Positions 1 to 13,586 of a stretch of DNA of 64,000 bases are shown here, in pieces; the first letter of the stretch is position 1; every line of letters starts with the position of its first letter. The DNA is from Eledone cirrhosa (taxonomy: Eukaryota). Location: NCBI GenBank assembly GCA_964016885.1, contig OZ024740.1:167958001-168022000 (forward strand), written 5' to 3'. The position numbers were made by a program, and so were the translations under genes. The notes below the pieces were generated by a model that saw only the letters and a list, made by a program, of their open reading frames with translations, was not told the origin of the DNA and ran no database searches.

Positions 1-1480
1 TCACCACCACCATCACAAAACCAACACTATCACCAACAACACAGCTATCACTAAACCAACACTATCACCAACACCAGTGCTATCACTAAACCAACACTAT
101 CACCAACACCACCGCTATCACAAAACCAACGCTATCACCAACATCACCACTATCACAAAACCAACCCTATCACCAACAACACCACTATCACAAAACCAAC
201 ACTATCACCAACAACACCACTATCACAAAACCAACACTATCACCAACAACACAGCTATCACTAAACCAACACTATCACCAACACCACCACTAACACAAAA
301 CCAACACTATCACCAACACCACCATCACAAAACCAACACTATCACCAACACCACCACTATCACAAAACCAACACTATCACCAACAACACCACTATCACAA
401 AACCAACACTGTCAGCAACAACAACACTATCACAAAAGCAACACTATCACCAACAGCACCGCTATCACTAAACCAACACTATCACCAACAACACCACCAT
501 CACAAACCAACACTATCACCAACACCACCGCTATCACAAAACCAACACTATCACCAACAACACCACTATCACAAAACCAACACTATCACCAACAACACCA
601 CTAACACAAAACCAACACTATCACCAACAACACCACTATCACAAAACCAACACTATCAGCAACAACACCACTATCACTAAACCAACACTATCACCAACAC
701 CACCATCACTAAACCAACACTATCACCAACACCACCACTATCACAAAACCAACACTATCACCAACAACACCGCTATCACAAACCAACACTATCACCAACA
801 ACACCACTATCACAAAACCAACACTATCACCAACACCACCGCTATCACTAAACCAACACTATCACCAACAACACCACTAACACAAAACCAACACTATCAC
901 CAACACCACCGCTATCACAAAACCAACACTATCACCAACACCACCACTATCACTAAACCAACACTATCACCATCACCACCATCACTAAACCAACGATATC
1001 ACCAACACCACCGCTATCACTAAACCAACACTATCAGCAACAACACCGCTATCACAAAACCACTACTATCACCAACAACACCACTATCACAAAACCAACA
1101 CTATCACCAACAACACCACCATCACTAAACCAACACTATCACCAACAACACCACTATCACTAAACCAACACTATCACCAACACCACCGCTATCACAAAAC
1201 CAACACTATCACCAACACCACCGTTATCACTAAACCAACACTATCACCAATACCACCATCACTAAACCAACACTATCACCAACACCACCACTATCACAAA
1301 ACCAACACTATCACCAACACCACCGCTATCACAAAACCAACATTATCACCAACAACTCCACTATCACTATACCAACACTATCACCAACAACACCACTATC
1401 GCCTATGCCCTCACTATCACCAATACCCACATTATCACCAATGCTACCACTATCACTAACACTAATGCTTCACACTATCA
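1..1480. repeat. 35-bp minisatellite (consensus AACCAACACTATCACCAACAACACCACTATCACAA), degenerating at its right end
   Basis: Tandem unit is visible directly. ORF 77..604 repeats with a period of about 35 aa (3 x 35 nt). Confidence 0.95.
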
Positions 1481-2712
1481 CATCACCACCACAATCACCG
1501 GCATAATAATTCCCATCAACAATTACATCGCACAAAAACTCCGTCACTGTTTCCTTCCCTTTTCCTTAATACTGCCGAAAAATTTACAAATTCCATTGAT
1601 CAAGGCTATCTTTCACAATGTGTCCATCCTTGTAACGCTGTAGCTAACTATTTATGTATATGTATGTATATCTATAAATAATAAATAAATATATATATAC
1701 AAGGGCTGTAACACCCCACTTGCCGACTTTGTAATGGGTAACCCCTGCTTGCAAAGGTAGACGTAAGATTTTCTTACATATTTTTTATCGTTTCCTCTAT
1801 ATTTCCTTCTTCCCCCCATCCCTTCCTAGTCCTTCCACCCCAGTTCTCCTTTGTCGTCGTCCTTTTCACTTTCTCGCCCACGCCGAGGCAGCCCTTCGCT
1901 CCTTTGTAGCCTCAGTACCTCCATCCCCTATTCTATGATAGAATTGGCCGACTCCACTTTTTATAGCAGATGTGATAGACCCCAGATACTTGCTTTCTTT
2001 TCTGATTGCTGCCCCTTTTCCGTGCTTTCTAGATCTCTTAGTGGTATCTCTGCTTTAGTTTCTCGTATATCAGTATTTATTTGGGGGGGCGGGGATTCTG
2101 AATTAATTTTTCGTATTAAATTTTTCATATATATCGTACGAGCATTTATGTAGTTTGTATTAGAAATTTTGTATCGTAGCGGCACTCTTATATATCGTAT
2201 TAGTATTCATTTTCGGGATTCTGAATTATTATTTCGTATTAGTTTCTTTAGTATTTTGGCCCCTACTTGTTGACCTGTCACTGTAAGATAGATTTGGATG
2301 ATTACTACTAACTCATAAAATTCTTTCACTACAATCTCGTATTTAGTATTCCGTCCCACCTATTAAACTTTTCTATAGTTTAGTAGTACCAGTGAGAGAC
2401 TTGATGATTGTGGTAGGGGAATAGAAACATTCTTATTATTCCTCTATATATTTACTCCATATTGATTTACTTATTGTTTCGACTTCCTCCCCCTCCCCTC
2501 CCCCTCCCTAGTATACTTTCTTGACCTCTTATCCTTAGGTTTCTGCTGTAGTTGGCACTATCAACGCACGACTGGGTTTCCCTCTCCCTCTTTCTTCTAC
2601 TGGCAAGTTCAGCTACCCCTTCCTTCCACAAAATGCCATGATAGAATTATGTGTCTCAACAACAAACTTTTGACCAATCCTTGTGACAATCACTTTTACC
2701 ATATATGGAATT

Positions 2713-2807
2713 ACCCCCTGAGAAGCTCGGCTATTCATGTACCAGGATAAAAATATCATTTAGTCCAGAACTAGCCGTCGAAACGGCTTGAGCTCAGCCG
2801 TCGGTGT
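2713..2807 (+). ncRNA. Type I hammerhead ribozyme-like motif, family A (degenerate core)
   Basis: ACCCC-CTGAGAA-gctCGGCTA...TAGCCGtc-GAAA-CGGCT tgagctc AGCCG-TC-GGTGT, giving a GUC site. Other family-A copies have GGGGT as the stem I 3' strand. The core deviates from CUGAnGA. Confidence 0.55.
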
Positions 2808-2817
2808 CCTACTCGTT

Positions 2818-3841
<1,024 letters not shown>

Positions 3842-3844
<3 letters not shown>

Positions 3845-4067
3845 ACCATGCATTTTAGGTGGAAAAAACCCAGCTTTCACATCCTCCCTCCTCAACACCA
3901 ATCTCAAGCATTATCCTTGTGAGCGTGTCGTTAGCATTATTGTCAATAGCAATTTGCGTTGGACAAAGCACATCTCTAAATTTGTCAAGAATGCCGAGGG
4001 TGTCTTAGAATCACTCAATTAGACCTTTGTCAGCCGCACTCCAGCTATCTATTTAAAGCTGTATAGA
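3842..4067 (+). mobile_element. CR1-clade LINE RT C-terminal fragment (degenerate)
   Basis: Translates CERVVSIIVNSNLRWTKHISKFVKNAEGVLESLN*TFVSRTPAIYLKLY, matching the CR1 pattern ERDLG(I/V)...L.W..HI...KA. Confidence 0.7.
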
Positions 4068-5340
4068 TTCTAGTAAAAATGTGAGTAGCTCAATGCTATC
4101 CAGTTTCCTTCATACAGCAGTAATTTGAAATTGGCTAAGGACTTTCTAAGCTGTTGGAAATTATGTTGTAGACTGTCAGGATACGGCTGCAGAGCTTATA
4201 AATTATTAATTGAAAAAAGAACCAAGTTATATTTAAAACATGTCTTTATTCTACATATGTTTTAATATAGAGCGGTAGGCTGTACATACAAGGTATTTGT
4301 TCATACGTCTACATATCTTCGGGAGTTTAGATATTGTTTGAAGTACAAACTGTATTACATACATGTAATAACTCTATAAACGGATGAGGCTCATACCATA
4401 TCAATTAAGAATACATTGCACATCACAAGCACAATCAATGACAAAAAGCAATACAAAAGCAGTATATTAAAAACAGTATATCAAAATGTTGCACTTATGT
4501 ACATCCGTACATTAACAAAGATATAAGATTAAAAAATAGAAACAATATTATAAGGGGAACATATATGAGTATATTGACAAGAAATAAGAAGGACAGTAGT
4601 TAGTCAATAATACGTTAGCCATATAGATATAATAATAAACGGTAAAGAAAGATTATAATTTCATAAGAATTTTTTCCTTGATAAGTTGTCTTCCAGCGAT
4701 AAAAAAAAATCTTTGACTTGAAAACATAAGTACCAAGCTTTTTATATTATATTTCACAACCATTAATATTGTTTATAATATAATACAATAAAATAAAAAT
4801 AAATATAGAAAGGATTTTCCAGAATTACCAACATTTATATATTAGAAAATAGACATGCGTAGCTCCCTTAATGTTTTCCAAATGTATGCATATAAAAAAT
4901 GTTATGATTATTAATTTAACGGAACTGAAAATAGTTATTATAATACTTAAGTAATTAAATAATCTACAGTATTACCCTGCGTCTAGATGAAAAATAGCTC
5001 CGTAATTAATTTTACTACACTCCACTAACATATTTTTGAAATCTGCGCCGACTTTAATTTGTTTGAAAGCGGCGTAACGATGAAAACAATTTCACCGACA
5101 GGCCGGTCGGTGTTATGCGGTATTTACGTGTGTGTGCGTTGTTCCTGGGATGTATATCATTAACATAGCCTGCTTGGTGGTGGGTAAATTCATTATTAGC
5201 TAATAAAAAAACTAGTTGTGCAATTTATTTTAGATAGTTTATATTATTGATAGATCAATTCTGCATGACTATATTATCATAATTCCGTATTGGGCATAGG
5301 AGGGAGTTACTATGAGATATAAATAAAAATAAAATTAATT

Positions 5341-5547
5341 ATAAGGCCAGTAATTTTTTTTTTGGGGGGGGGGGAGAAAGTCGATTAAATCGATCCACTA
5401 CGTTACTGGTGCTTTATTTTATCGACCCCGTAAGGATGAAAGGCAAAATTAACCTCGGCGGGATTTGAACTCAGACCATAAAGGACCACCGTAACTCTAT
5501 GCTGCAAAGCATGATGTCCGACTATCTACCGATACTGCCGCCCACCT
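5341..5547 (-). mobile_element. tRNA-derived SINE (main family)
   Basis: A-box-like GGCAGTATCGG, B-box GAGTTCAAATCC and the central TTTGCCTTTCATCCTTACGGGGTCGATAAAATAAAG domain, all on the minus strand. Confidence 0.9.
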
Positions 5548-5777
5548 TTTATAATTAATTATAATCCGACTAGAGATGGGATTTTAATCCATACCCACTC
5601 TAGAAAACATAACAACTGAAGGTTAAGAAAGGATAGATATTAACAGGCATCCAAAGCTTTTGCCCGTGTGTTTAACTGTATCTACCATTACGTATTTATA
5701 AGCCTAGATATTAGTATGCCCTGTCTCTTACCTATTAGATCAATTGTTTTGTTTAATTTTTTGTTGTTTTTTTTTAG

Positions 5778-5838
5778 ATTTTAATGGATATCAATGGTCT
5801 GATGTTACCTCCACTGCATGGATGGGAAATCACTGGAG
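5778..5838 (+). CDS. Candidate 61-bp internal coding exon of an unidentified host gene
   Basis: Strong T-rich acceptor (ttttttttag), GAG|gtataa donor, non-repetitive sequence, open in two frames. Confidence 0.35.
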
Positions 5839-6622
5839 GTATAATGTGTTCCTTTCACCAGAACTTGTTGCGACCTCTAGAGTGATATTACTTGGTATCC
5901 TAATGTGGGTAGAATGGATATCAGAAAGGACACATAAATTCATATAATAAACGTACAAAACAGCCTGCCACATTTTAAAGTCCTCAGGTATTTTAAAATA
6001 TCAGGTATTTTAAAGTCCTTTAAGGTATATATCGTAGCCAACATAATAATTACGGTCAAGGTACACTCCCGATAGTATGTGACTCAATGAATAAAAACCT
6101 GGTATGTATCGTGACGCAGCCCACCGCTCTCTATTGAAACATGTAGAATAAAGATATGTTGTAAGTATAACTTGGTTCTTTTTTCTATTAATAATATATA
6201 TATACAATCTATTTTTAGAACCGTTTAAGAACTTCTACCTGTTATCTTAATTTGTTATATATATATATGTGTGTGTATGCGTGCGCGCACGCGCGTCTTT
6301 GTGGGTATGTGTATGGGTATGTGTAGTTATAAACAAGTGAAAAGAGAATTTTATATTGGTTGAAGTGTTATATAGTTAGTTAAATTGTAACGATATTACA
6401 CAACATTAGTTAAGGTTACGTTCTGGTATCATGCCAGAATCAGATTTTTATTTTAATTGAAGCTAATATATTTCACGTCTGATCAAGGTCTAAGGAAATG
6501 CTGATTTCTCACTTGCCTGCTTTCCTGGGAGATTACGTCTTGATATTGCAAGGATAGTTTCAGTTGAATTAATGTTCCCAATCGCCAATTTTAGAATTCG
6601 AAACTCTACGTGCGCAGAGTAA

Positions 6623-6684
<62 letters not shown>

Positions 6685-6784
6685 GAGGTTATATTTAATT
6701 TGTTGGGATTCAACAAGCTTAAAAGTTTTTATAACTGATATAAAGCACTCAACAAGTTAGTGGAGTAAATACACAATATATTAA

Positions 6785-6974
6785 TTGTTTCTACTTTTAG
6801 CACGAGACCAGCAATTATCCCAGTGGTATCCTACTGGTACTTTATTTTATCGACCCCGTAAGGATGAAAGGCAAAGTTAACCTCGACGGGTTTTGAACTA
6901 AGACCGTAAAGGGACGTAACTATGCTGCAAAGCATGGCGTCCGACCCTCTACAGATACTGCCAATTCACCGCCC
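6785..6974 (-). mobile_element. tRNA-derived SINE, full length
   Basis: GGGCGGTGAATTGGCAGTATC head through to the AGTAGAAACA tail on the minus strand. Confidence 0.92.
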
Positions 6975-7013
6975 TATATATATATATGGAAACTATATTT
7001 ATAAAACCATATT

Positions 7014-7079
7014 TATTTTATTATATATATTTCAAGGGCGACCAAGGTAAATTATGATGCGCTTTCATCAGATAAAATA
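7014..7079 (-). ncRNA. Type I hammerhead ribozyme
   Basis: Minus strand: TATTTTAT-CTGATGA-AAG...CTT-GAAA-TATATA-TA-ATAAAATA. Perfect 8-bp stem I, palindromic stem III, AUA site. Confidence 0.8.
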
Positions 7080-7236
7080 CAGATTTGTTTTATAAATAAA
7101 TATTGACATACCCGGAAAAAAGACAACCTCAACGGTTGAAATTTGCTGGATATATATATATATATATATATTTTTATAAGTTATTCCGGGTTGAATCGGA
7201 GGGAACTGTTTCATTCGTGAGAAATCATCAGGGAGT

Positions 7237-7285
7237 GCTCCCTGATGATTTCTCACGAAAGAAACAGTTCTAGTCCTGTAGAAGC
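7237..7285 (+). ncRNA. Type I hammerhead ribozyme (family C), preceded by an inverted partial copy (7203-7235)
   Basis: GCTCC-CTGATGA-TTTC tcac GAAA-GAAA-CAG ttctagtc CTG-TA-GAAGC, GUA site. Relatives at 32423-32477, 32499-32544 and 48650-48685. Confidence 0.8.
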
Positions 7286-7340
7286 TCTTCTATATATATA
7301 TATTTATTTAAAAGAATAGAGGTGTAACACACGAGTTATG

Positions 7341-8193
7341 ATATATTGGTAAACGGAAAAGAAAATGCTGACAAATTGTTCACAGTGAAAAATAGTTTAT
7401 TTAGGAATAAGTGAAAATTAGTAATAGTATTGGTTAGTATTCAGTTTTGGTTTTAAGTTTTACCGGTTGCGCATTTCTAATGCTTTTCAAAAATAATTTT
7501 GAGATAGAGCGTCCGTGATGTTTGCTCTAATCTGATTAATTTTGGAAATTCTACCTGTTTTTATGTGAAAAAGGTGGCTCCAGAATGCCACCCACACCCA
7601 GCGCATCAGCAAGGAATCTTACTTTATTAACAAATACGGACCCCGTCTAAACACTTCTCCCTAAGACAAACCCACAACATACACACGTCAACATACATAC
7701 CTACGTCAGCATACATCTCTATCCACATATAAACACAATGACATACGTAAACACACATGTTCTATGGTGCAACACAAATATACACAAATTTGCATACCTT
7801 TTGATGTCTATAGATATAAACGTGCCGGTCACACACACATACATAAACGCACACAGGCATTGCACACTGATGGGCACATACATATTTGTACACAAGTATT
7901 CCAATACGGCAAGGCCTAATGGATTCCCCTTGCAGTACGTACAATCTGGACACTCACACACACCTTGGTATTATGCCAATACTATATATCATTTCACACC
8001 TTTTATTGATGTTCTATTGAGAGAATCGTTTTTACTGAAAATATCGAATAATGTACACCATTTTACCAGTATCACAAAAATACACACACACACACACACA
8101 CATTCTCACACACACACACACATATATATACACACACACACACACATATATATACACACATACATACACACGCGTACATTAACATACAAAGAG

Positions 8194-8277
<84 letters not shown>

Positions 8278-8935
8278 CTCCGTATAAGACAAGAGCTGAA
8301 AAATATCTTTTAACATGTTAAAATATCACCCACACATTTATAGATACATTCCTACTGACCATCCCTCTACCACGAATTACTCTGCTACACACACACACAC
8401 ACACACTTGTCTTAATAGGCAATTGAACTGTCAACAGGCTGCGGTTCGCACACACATCCTTGCTGACCATTATCACAACAACGAACTACTTTACTACTAC
8501 TACAGACACACACACATACATATTTGTTTTGAAAGACTTATTTTTCAGTGACTTCTCAATCAACCTACACAAACCTACATTTGGCGCAAAATCAATTTTT
8601 AACATTCACATGACCTCTACCGACCAATCAAAATTGTTTTGACCACAAGAATTTTTGCAACACGAATTGGCGCGAAACTTATTTTAATACCTCTGGAGCC
8701 ACTTTTTTCACATAGAAACAGGTAGAATTTCCAAAACTAATCAGATTAGAGCAAACATCACGGACGCTCTATCTCAAAATTATTTTTGAAAAGCATTAGA
8801 AATGCGCAACCGGTAAAACTTAAAACCAAAACTGAATACTAACCAATACTATTACTAATTTTCACTTATTCCTAATTAAACTATTTTTCACTGTGAACAA
8901 TTTGTCAGCATTTTCTTTTCCGTTTACCAATATAT
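7341..8935 (+). mobile_element. 5'-truncated Penelope-like element: inverted pseudo-LTR (7341-7584) + GIY-YIG C-terminal remnant + 3' region + pseudo-LTR (8692-8935)
   Basis: Near-perfect inverted repeat of about 240 bp. 7584-7664 reads NATHTQRISKESYFINKYGPRLNTSP*, matching the PLE endonuclease end motif R..KE..FI....P.LN. A decayed HHR (TTGAAAA-GCAT..ATGC-GCAA-CCGG-TA) lies at 8786-8815. Confidence 0.8.
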
Positions 8936-8950
8936 ATATATATGTATATA

Positions 8951-9061
<111 letters not shown>

Positions 9062-9115
9062 TGTATATAGTGAGTTAGGAACTATATATCTGTGTTCTCT
9101 TTTCTTTTATATTCC

Positions 9116-9172
<57 letters not shown>

Positions 9173-9177
9173 TATAT

Positions 9178-9580
9178 AAAATAACAGGAGGTTGGGCTGG
9201 TGTAATTCCTTACAGATTGATTATACTATAAACATATCAATGACCGGGTTCAGTATGAATCCGGTGACATCATCAGGTATTCCGAAATCTATCCAACAAA
9301 GGAATATAATAGACACAATCCAAGGGCTGAAAAACCGATAGAGATGCCCAAGACGAGCAGGCGGCCAAAAATTAGCAGTTGCTAGTCCGGGTGGCCTTTA
9401 AGGAATTACACCAGTCCAGCCTCCTGTTATTTTATAATAATTAACTCCGTACTCGCACCACCAACAACACAAACGAAGACGGGTGAGTTGCATTACGTCG
9501 AGTGTTCTCCCTAATATTACATCAAGTTTGACTATACGGAATGACCAGTTCTATCCAGTGATGAACCAACAAACCTAAAT
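9178..9580. mobile_element. (TA)n-flanked element with an inverted 5' segment (9178-9212 vs 9399-9435) and a CTGATGA core on the minus strand; probable PLE remnant
   Basis: Inverted repeat AACAGGAGGTTGGGCTGGTGTAATTCCTTA / TAAGGAATTACACCAGTCCAGCCTCCTGTT. Confidence 0.45.
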
Positions 9581-9999
9581 GTATATGCATATATGTATAT
9601 ATATGTATCTGCATATATATATATATATGCATGTATATGCATGTATATGCATATACATGCATATACATGCAAATATATATGCATATATATAAATATATAT
9701 AAATATATATATATATATATGCATATATATATTTATATATATATATATTTATATATATATTTATATATTTATATATATATTTATATATATATGCATATAT
9801 ATATTTATATATTGTTATACTTGGGGAGGGTCATATTTGTGTAATATTTGTTTCAACACACGATTTCATATAAAAAAAACCTCGCAAAACTAATTCATCG
9901 CCGCTATATTTATATATATATATACATATATATATATATGTGTGTGTGTGTGTGCGTGTGTGTGTGTATAAACAGAGGGAGAGAGAAGGGAGAGGGAGA

Positions 10000-10054
<55 letters not shown>

Positions 10055-10687
10055 GCTCATATACATATATAAGTTAGCGCAATATATGTAAAATACGATG
10101 AAGAATGTCAGGAAAGAATTTAGTTACAATCTACTGAATGTAGAAGTTATGGCTGTAATGTTAAGACTATTACAAGCATATTTCCAATCTAAGGTCAGAG
10201 TATTATCCATCAACCATCATAGTTTACACATAGCTAAAACCTTTATAACTCACCTCACCATATCTCCAAAATAAATTCCCCTCTTTCTATCTCTTTCATA
10301 CACACCGACAGAAACGCACTTTCCATTATGCCTGTGTGTAGGACACGTATGACACATAATGTTCGGTACTTTGGTTGCTGATCCTATCATAAAATGACCT
10401 TATTGACCACAAGATGGACCGAGATCTCCTGCGCCACCTATTACAACACACACGCACACAAATACACACATGCATATATACACATACATAGATATACACA
10501 CATACATACGTATATATATACACACATAGATACATACACACATAGATACATACATACATACATACATACAATCATACATACACACATACATACAAACATA
10601 CATATAGTCATACAAATATAGAAACAAACATATCCATATAGATATATTGTATGTGTGCATGTATATCTCTCTCTTTCTCTCTCTCTT

Positions 10688-10779
<92 letters not shown>

Positions 10780-11160
10780 TGTTGGCTTCACGCTCACAAC
10801 AATTTCTATACTTTAATTTATATATATATATAAATGTATGGATGAACATATGAATGTATGGATGACTTAAGACACATCGGGTAATTTGAAATAGTCGATC
10901 ACAATAGATAGTTGAAAACATAGAGTAAAGTACCTCTGGAAACAGAACAAAATTACAAAGGCTCCTGCGAGAAACCGAAACGTGTATTTCTCGAATGATG
11001 AGCGAGTATTACAGCAATTTGCAACTTGGGACTCTTTAACGTAATCTTTAATACACTTACTCGGCATTCGAGAGATGCGGTGTTCGATAACTGGCAGAAG
11101 TCTCTGTCCACCTTCTTTCCGTCTCCGGCGATACTTTACCTGATTTTTTTCATATTTATA

Positions 11161-11347
11161 ATTGCTTCTACTTTAGGCACAAGGCCAGCAATTACCCAGT
11201 GCATTACTGGTACTTTATTTTATCGACCCCGTAAGGATGAAAGGCAAAGTCAACCTCGGCAGGATTTGAACTCAGATCGTAAAGGGACGTAACTATGCTG
11301 GAAAGCATGGCGTCCGACCCTCTACCGATACTGCCAATTCACCGCCC
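11161..11347 (-). mobile_element. tRNA-derived SINE, full length
   Basis: Same head, body and tail as the other copies. Confidence 0.92.
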
Positions 11348-11785
11348 TTTTTTCATATATATAATGATCGACTATTATTATAGTGATTTGTTATGAACAA
11401 ACTACATTTAAAATTTTTAATTTTCTGAATTACTCTAATGTCAACTGTGTGTTTGCAGTTCTTACTACAGACTTGAATCCTTCTGAAACACGACAATGTG
11501 TGGTTAGGGACCTCGACATATAAAAGTAAGTTAGTTCGATTGGTAACCATCCTTAACTCATTATTTGACTAGAAAACGCACTATATCCCAAGATTTTAAT
11601 TTACAACAAGATGCAAAGGCATCCAAGCCATCTAAAAAAACATTCCAATCTCAATAAATAGGGTTTTCAAAATTCTACCCGTCAATAAATAATCGCCATT
11701 TATATCACCGGTGAAAATCTAGATTGACAGAATCAAACTTATCTTTAAAAAAAAAACACACATACACACACACTCACTCACACAG

Positions 11786-11941
<156 letters not shown>

Positions 11942-12035
11942 ATTTACAAATATCCAGTGGTGCAAAGAAACAGAAGGAAATTGTTCACTATATGCAGTTG
12001 CGTTTATTTATTCATTTGAATCTGATGATTAATAG

Positions 12036-12086
12036 CTCCTCCGGGATTTCGTATATAAGTATTCGTCATGGGACAAAAGAATAAAG
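12036..12086 (+). CDS. Candidate 51-bp phase 0-0 exon (LLRDFVYKYSSWDKRIK)
   Basis: Consensus donor AAG|gtgagt. The acceptor (taatag) is weak. Confidence 0.25.
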
Positions 12087-12538
12087 GTGAGTATGCATAT
12101 TTAAATGTATGAAAGACGCAATCGAACTATCTTATAGGAAAATTTCAAAACATTATATCGAAATAGTGGTTAGAGAATTTTTTTATGTTCGATAAATGTC
12201 AAAAGCCTTTTCAAACTAGTCTAACTTTTCACGTTTGTTACGACAGATTTCAATATGTATGGACAACCAAGAGTTGAGTTGACGACCTGTATAAACGTAC
12301 ATAAAAATAGCCTACTGACCAGAAGATCCCATTAAATGTAGTTGTTAGAAATTTTAGAAATATACAAACAAACAAAAACTTTTTAATAAAATGACGCAGG
12401 AATTTCGAGGTCAACACTTACAATAAATTCCATATCAAATTGAAGCCATGCCCTAGAGGTCTTCCAATTAAATCTTTTGATATTTGGCAAACATCAGTGA
12501 TATATATATATATATATAAAGTATCTCATAGATAATAT

Positions 12539-12590
<52 letters not shown>

Positions 12591-12606
12591 ATCTCATAGA
12601 TAATAT

Positions 12607-12656
<50 letters not shown>

Positions 12657-12873
12657 CAATGAGATATTACATATTCTTATATTTCGCTGTTTTATTCATA
12701 TACACATTGTCATAGCGCCAATTCATTTATTTAATTTTGAATTTCTCATTGCACTCTTTCAATGAGAACATATATGTGAATTGCGGACCCCCTCTTTCTC
12801 TCGCTTTCTCCTCCCACACACACACACGTACGCACACACTATATACATTTATATATATATATATATATATATA

Positions 12874-13219
12874 TAACAAAGGAAATGTGGTAAGGAACCA
12901 GGTGGACCATAACGCACCAAAGTACTCAATACTTAGGGTAGAAGTGTGGGTAATAGGAACGAGTAGGACCCCGACGGCTGGTCCTACTCGTTCCTATATA
13001 TATATATATATTTATATATATAGGAAAAAGTGTGACCCCGACGGCAGAGCTCAAGCCGTTTCGACGGCTATTTCTTGACTCAGTCCAGAAATAGCCGTCG
13101 AAACGGCTTGAGCTCTGCCATCGGGCTCATACTTTTTCCTATTACCCACTCTACTACCCTAAGTATTGAGTACTCTGGTGCGTTATGGTCCATCTGGTTC
13201 CTTACCACAATTCCTTTGT

Positions 13220-13222
<3 letters not shown>
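12874..13222. mobile_element. Family A HHR-3'-half elements: inverted tail (12874-12995) plus palindrome 13021-13141 with tail, all in (TA)n
   Basis: GCCGTCGAAACGGCTTGAGCTCTGCC is present on both strands. The same tail occurs at 29646-29810, 52088-52276 and 60083-60275. Confidence 0.8.
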
Positions 13223-13256
<34 letters not shown>

Positions 13257-13586
13257 ATGTGTGTGTGTGTGTCTCTCTCTATATATATACATACATACAC
13301 ACATAGAGAGAGCTGGAGGGAGAAACAGATACATAGATTGATAGATAATAGATATGTTTCTTTATTAGCCACATGGGTACAAAAGAAGGGGACAAATACA
13401 AAGGGCGAAGTTTACATACAATAAAAACGTGTAAAATACTATCACAAATGCAATTTAAAAATTAATCGATTTTCCCCAATAGAGGAAACATTACATATGG
13501 GTAACACATACCTCCGAAAAAATGTGCAACCCTCATCTCCAGGAGTACGAAGAGTGAGTAACCCTTTCCTCTCTTCCTCTTTTTCT

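Noticed and set aside
77-604. 175-aa mucin-like ORF
   Set aside because: It is a translation of the 35-bp minisatellite. The unit is not a multiple of 3 and the frames cycle.
1700-2700. Short ORFs (1851..2153, 1961..2185) as protein genes
   Set aside because: No recognisable motif. More likely the non-coding body of the family-A element upstream of the 2713 HHR-like motif.
5975-6015. CTGAGGA core on the minus strand
   Set aside because: No matching 3' half or stem II.
12018-12120. CTGATGA hammerhead core
   Set aside because: No pairing stems or correctly placed GAAA..NUH were found.
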